Assembly (NCBI GenBank): GCA_964648855.1
Contig: CAZYLT010000037.1
Location: forward strand, 1-10,877
DNA: 10,877 bases
Origin: an uncultured archaeon
GTDB taxonomy: Archaea > Asgardarchaeota > Thorarchaeia > Thorarchaeales > Thorarchaeaceae
Reading direction: 5' to 3'
This document shows positions 6,913 through 10,877 of the stretch, piece by piece; the first letter of the stretch is position 1; every line of letters starts with the position of its first letter. Below the pieces are notes generated by a model. That model made no database searches and was not told the DNA's origin. It worked only from the letters and a program-made list of their open reading frames with translations. Made by a program: the position numbers and the translations under genes.

Positions 6913-7686
6913 CTAAGCCTTGGCTTGCGCAAGAAATCGATCATAGCCTTTCTCCTGAAGAACAGGAATATCTTCCATACCCCCAGTATATGCCACTCTG
7001 CCATCTTGAAGAATGAATATAGTATCAACCTCCAGGAACTCAAGAATGTACCTGTGATGGCTAATCACAACCATAGTGGTGTTTCGTTTATCCCTAATTG
7101 CTTTGAGCTCCCGGCCCACTACTTTCAAGGAGTCATAATCGAGACCACTGTCTGGTTCATCCAAGAACATGATGTCTGGTCGGAGTGACAGGACTTGAAA
7201 TAACTCGCTTCGTTTCATCTCCCCACCAGAAAAATTGTCATTCAGGTCTCTATCTGCAAGGTTAGAGATGCCTAATCTATCAAAATCGTCATAGATCTCC
7301 TGTCGACAGATGCAGGTTTCACCCATTAGATGGTCGGATGGTGCCTTGCATTCATAATCAGGGCAAATTCTGCAAATGAAATCTTCCAACTTGACACCTG
7401 GAATAGCAGGAGGATGTTGAAACGCGTATGCAATTCCCATCTTTGCCCTCTCGCTAATATCTTTCTTGAGGAGAGATTTGCCCTTAAAGATGATATCCCC
7501 GCCAGTAATCTCGTATTGGGGAAGACCCATTACAGCTTTAGCTAAAGTTGATTTTCCAGATGCATTGGGGCCAAGGATGGCATATACTGCACCACCCTCG
7601 AAGGACATATCAACTCCACTGAGAATAGGAATACCATCAACTTCTACACGGAGGTCTTGTATCTCCATTAACTTTCTTTCATTCAA
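6913..7686 (-). CDS. sufC: Fe-S cluster assembly ABC ATPase SufC (SmsC-like) with Cys-rich insert
   Basis: Walker A GPNASGKST, Q-loop AFQHPP, signature FSGGEMKRSE, Walker B/D-loop MFLDEPDSGLD and H-loop VISH. Directly upstream of sufB. Confidence 0.9.
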   Translation of the reverse strand: MNERKLMEIQDLRVEVDGIPILSGVDMSFEGGAVYAILGPNASGKSTLAKAVMGLPQYEITGGDIIFKGKSLLKKDISERAKMGIAYAFQHPPAIPGVKLEDFICRICPDYECKAPSDHLMGETCICRQEIYDDFDRLGISNLADRDLNDNFSGGEMKRSELFQVLSLRPDIMFLDEPDSGLDYDSLKVVGRELKAIRDKRNTTMVVISHHRYILEFLEVDTIFILQDGRVAYTGGMEDIPVLQEKGYDRFLAQAKA

Positions 7687-7755
7687 ATAATGTCACATCT
7701 CCCACTTGCAATACAAGGAAACAGATTTGCTCTGTGTAAATGGACAGAATGCTTG

Positions 7756-8187
7756 CTAGTCTTTCGTATATGTTCCCATCAATTCTCCGACTTCAATCTT
7801 GTGTTTCTTACATTTTTCCCGGAAATTGTCCTTAGTAACCCCCTTAAGCTGGGGGACATCAAGGGCATATAGTTCGAAAAAATAGCGATGAGTGCCTGAA
7901 GGAGGTGCAGGTCCACCCCATCCAACTTCTCCAAAATCATTCTCCAACTCAACTCCGGGTATAGGATCGCCCGATGCAATTTCAGTCACTTTCGGGTCTA
8001 TCGAATGAATCATCCAATGTATCCAATCTCCAGTGGGGGCATCTGGGTCATGACACAGGAGAGCCAGACTCTTCGTATTCTCCGGAATTTCATTCCACAC
8101 AAGATGCGGGTTCTCATTTCCCTTACGATATGCACATCTATCGGGAATGGCTTCCGAGTCATTGAAATCACTGCTTCGAAGTTCCAT
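7756..8187 (-). CDS. YbhB/YbcL family PEBP (Raf kinase inhibitor-like) protein
   Basis: NPHLVW, HDPDAP, WIHW, NDFG and GGPAPPSGTHRYFFELYALD motifs. Confidence 0.93.
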   Translation of the reverse strand: MELRSSDFNDSEAIPDRCAYRKGNENPHLVWNEIPENTKSLALLCHDPDAPTGDWIHWMIHSIDPKVTEIASGDPIPGVELENDFGEVGWGGPAPPSGTHRYFFELYALDVPQLKGVTKDNFREKCKKHKIEVGELMGTYTKD

Positions 8188-8247
8188 TACGATTCATCTC
8201 AGTTAGCTATGTTGAATCCCTGCCTTGTTAATCTTTGCAAGTGTATG

Positions 8248-8730
8248 CTATTCTTTTTCATATATGTTGTGTAGACGAGAGGACACTTCATTGGCAACCC
8301 AAACTACATACATATCACAACTGAAATCATTTTTTGAATGATTACTACGTTCCTCGCCCGAAGGCAATAATTCTCCTTTATCCATAGCTCGGAGTTCATC
8401 ACATCTTACAGAGCTCCAAGCATTATAGAAACTATCAAGGTAATCTCTAACTGTGTCTCTCAGGTTCTTGCGTCGGGTCTCAAAGGAGGAAGATGATTCC
8501 ATACCAGTTGTCCCGTTCACAAGGGCCAGACAAATCACACCACCTGTGACAGCCCCACATAGTTCTCCACGCCCGCACACCCCGCCGCCCAAAGCCGACG
8601 CTATTTTCATAATTGGTGTGTCGAATCCAGGTAGTTCTTTTTCGCGGTTCACTTTGAGAAGCACACTTTCTGCGCAGTTCATTTTGAGTCCATTGAGTTC
8701 TTCCATCGCCCTTGCCAATCTGGGCGCCAT
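8248..8730 (-). CDS. C_GCAxxG_C_C family putative redox-active protein
   Basis: NCAESVL, LGGG, ELCGAVTGG, SVRCDEL and a terminal SCDMYV give the family's four-Cys pattern. ATG at 8730, TTG at 8733. Confidence 0.85.
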   Translation of the reverse strand: MAPRLARAMEELNGLKMNCAESVLLKVNREKELPGFDTPIMKIASALGGGVCGRGELCGAVTGGVICLALVNGTTGMESSSSFETRRKNLRDTVRDYLDSFYNAWSSVRCDELRAMDKGELLPSGEERSNHSKNDFSCDMYVVWVANEVSSRLHNIYEKE

Positions 8731-8829
8731 CAAATCGTCCTAAAAATCCTCGGATTGAAAACACCGCAAAAACCCACACAATCATCATGCTTAAAACCAA
8801 GGAGGGATGAGGGCAGTCTGGTTATAGAA

Positions 8830-9297
8830 ATGTCAGTGCAGGAGTCATTTGAGAACCTAATCTCGTTGGCAATTGAAAAGGAAGAAGAAGCACATGCCTT
8901 CTACACGGAAGCAGCGGAAGAAGCATCTCTAAAATCCTCTGCGAAACTACTAAGAGAGCTTGCCAATCAAGAACTGGGACATAAGGAGAAACTGCAAAAG
9001 GCATTTGAGGAGGGTGTCTGTGAGTCTTTCACTTGTTCTACTGTTGAAGAAGTCAAGGATCAAGGACTTGGTGAATACTTGGTTGATATTCCCTTGAGAC
9101 CATCATCGTCCCCTCAAGATATTCTGGTCGTTGCCATTAAGCGAGAAGAAGCAGCCCACGACTTCTATCAGAGGCTTTCAGAGCTTACTGGAAATCAGCA
9201 TCATCGATTTGTTTTTGAAACGCTTGCCAAAGAGGAGAAGAAGCACAAAGAGAGATTAGAGCGCATGTATGATGATGCGTTTCAACCATGGAACTAA
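8830..9297 (+). CDS. Ferritin-like / rubrerythrin diiron domain protein lacking a rubredoxin domain
   Basis: Two repeats of AI..E..A..FY...LA..E..H (AIEKEEEAHAFY/LANQELGH and AIKREEAAHDFY/LAKEEKKH). ATG at 8830 preferred over TTG at 8755 because the extension is not domain-like. Confidence 0.88.
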   Translation: MSVQESFENLISLAIEKEEEAHAFYTEAAEEASLKSSAKLLRELANQELGHKEKLQKAFEEGVCESFTCSTVEEVKDQGLGEYLVDIPLRPSSSPQDILVVAIKREEAAHDFYQRLSELTGNQHHRFVFETLAKEEKKHKERLERMYDDAFQPWN

Positions 9298-9365
9298 TAG
9301 CAGCCTAGCTAGGGGTGTAACTATCGCAAATGAAAAGGCAAGGGCAAGACCTCTCCGTGCCAATT

Positions 9366-10646
9366 CTATTTCTGATGCAACTTTGGAGCAGCTACGAAGG
9401 ACAGTTCATTCTTCGTCAATTCGGAAGCGGTTCGATTCAGTGACTCGTGTTTGTCGAGATAGTTTCTCAACATCTTTGGCATATCACCGGCACCCAGTAT
9501 TTCGGACTTGCTCCTGAAATAGTCAAGAATGTCACTGGGATACTCACGTTTCTCTTCGATTTCGGGGTTGCCACCCTCATGTTTTGCACTAACATTCTTC
9601 ACATGATCCGCAAGCTCAACGAGTTCATCCGTTCGATCATATGGTTGTCTGACAATGTGTTTGTAGGTCTCAGTGATGTGATGTTCTATTCTAACAACGT
9701 CCGTAAACTCGAAAGCCTCACGGACATATGCTGCCAATTCAATGGTTTCGTTGTTTACGCTATTGGATAGGTTGAAGCCGATTAGTGGAGATGTTCCATC
9801 ATCCCTACTGAATAGATTGGCGGTCAATAATGTCCATAGACATGCATATGGATTGTCATTGCCCATAAAGACGGATATCTTGAATTCCATATCAATCCCC
9901 AGCTTATGCATCATATAACCCACTAGCACACTTCCCGGATTGATGTTCAAAACCTGCTTTACCCCATAGGTTGTGTAGTAATGCAAATATTCGTCAGCCC
10001 ATTTCAAGGGGAAATCATTCGGCATTCCAACTCCACCAAAATAGCCTGTGATTGTTTCGGGCCCGCCAAGGTGTACATTTGTAGGGGCCCCATCAAGACC
10101 TGGTAGAGTTCCTTTGGTGTCGAGTGTTTCAACATATGATGCTCCAACAATCTGCATCCCTGCTGCAAAGGCAATAACTTGATTGTCCTCCACCTGTTCT
10201 TTCATATTTCTCACACGGATGAATCGCCCAGGCATCAGGTCTTCGCGTTCGATTGCATATTTTGCCTCTTCTATTAGCCAAGGGAAGTATTGGCAGGCAC
10301 TGATTTCCAGAGTTACAGCATGTTCTTCATCGAAATCAATCGAGTCGGCTTTCTCCCCCATAATCTTCCTTCTATATTCAGGTATGGCGATGAATGCCTC
10401 ATCATCACGCTTCTCTTGAAGCCAGAGTAAATCTTCAACGTATGGTGAATTCTTCGATTCCAGTTTTTCCATCAGGTTACCAAGCTCACGAGCCTTGCTC
10501 GCCCTTCTGTTGATTTCTTTGACGCCTCCATACTTCTCTATGACTTGTATTAGTCTATTCACTAATGGATTATCATTATCCAAGAAGAAATAGTTAATTT
10601 CCTCTAAACGCTTCGGGTCTATCTTGAGCCTGTCTTGTTTCACCAT
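9366..10646 (-). CDS. Conserved hypothetical soluble protein (~426-431 aa), enzyme-like
   Basis: Long ORF with motif-like blocks QYFPWL, PGRFIRVR, ETLDTKGT, HLGGPETITGYFGGVG, FKISVFMGNDN, RIEHH and AKHEGG. No function recognised. ATG at 10646, TTG at 10661. Confidence 0.85.
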   Translation of the reverse strand: MVKQDRLKIDPKRLEEINYFFLDNDNPLVNRLIQVIEKYGGVKEINRRASKARELGNLMEKLESKNSPYVEDLLWLQEKRDDEAFIAIPEYRRKIMGEKADSIDFDEEHAVTLEISACQYFPWLIEEAKYAIEREDLMPGRFIRVRNMKEQVEDNQVIAFAAGMQIVGASYVETLDTKGTLPGLDGAPTNVHLGGPETITGYFGGVGMPNDFPLKWADEYLHYYTTYGVKQVLNINPGSVLVGYMMHKLGIDMEFKISVFMGNDNPYACLWTLLTANLFSRDDGTSPLIGFNLSNSVNNETIELAAYVREAFEFTDVVRIEHHITETYKHIVRQPYDRTDELVELADHVKNVSAKHEGGNPEIEEKREYPSDILDYFRSKSEILGAGDMPKMLRNYLDKHESLNRTASELTKNELSFVAAPKLHQK

Positions 10647-10877
10647 GTCGTGCCCATCCAATCCAGCTAATCGTAGGCTTTCTGTTTGTTGTTAAGATTG
10701 CATAGCCATTAAAAGTGCTTCCTGATAGTTCATTTCAATTTCAGACCCGGATCGTTCCATGACGCCATTGGATGGGAGGCTCGTCTTCAGAATAGCAAAC
10801 ATCTATCTAATGAGTGGTCAGAACCGTTGTCCGAAACTTACCCATCTAAGACACTTCCTTGATGGTGTTTGGTTCCT

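Noticed and set aside
9304-9313. 10-bp palindrome CCTAGCTAGG between convergent genes
   Set aside because: A single short palindrome without loop or U-tract, expected by chance in a window of this size.
2125-10419. Remaining 60-130 aa ORFs in the track nested in or antisense to recognised genes (e.g. 4321-4632, 5687-6076, 8453-8743, 9447-9770)
   Set aside because: Fully or largely overlap genes with strong family motifs and have no independent coding evidence.
10692-10802. 36-aa minus-strand ORF MFAILKTSLPSNGVMERSGSEIEMNYQEALLMAMQS
   Set aside because: No SD, no motif and no second copy. Probably chance within a promoter region.

Overview
This window looks like a chromosomal segment of a probable anaerobic archaeon (GGAGG/AGGTGA Shine-Dalgarno (SD) motifs, frequent TTG/GTG starts, stand-alone SufC/SufB pair). 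An Asgard/Thorarchaeia-like origin is my impression only and is not established from the sequence. Most of the window is housekeeping. On the + strand: MFS transporter, endonuclease III, GT4 glycosyltransferase, seryl-tRNA synthetase and a ferritin/rubrerythrin-like protein. On the - strand: SufB/SufC (SmsB/SmsC-type), a YbhB/YbcL PEBP protein, a C_GCAxxG_C_C redox protein and a 431-aa conserved hypothetical. The notable part is bases 1-950, which the ORF track mostly misses. It holds a tandem array of SD-led micro-ORFs: two genes (305-346 and 426-467) encode the identical 13-aa peptide MEPDLGAPSPEPF although 9 of their 12 post-start codons differ, all synonymously, and an upstream 40-aa ORF (58-180) ends in the same P-x-P-F-stop motif. 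A long predicted stem-loop (183-276) lies between the 40-aa ORF and the first 13-mer gene. The array is followed by an 83-aa protein with a Roadblock/LC7-like pattern, two perfect hairpins and the MFS transporter. This looks like an undescribed small-peptide system. The SufC also carries an unusual internal five-Cys insert.
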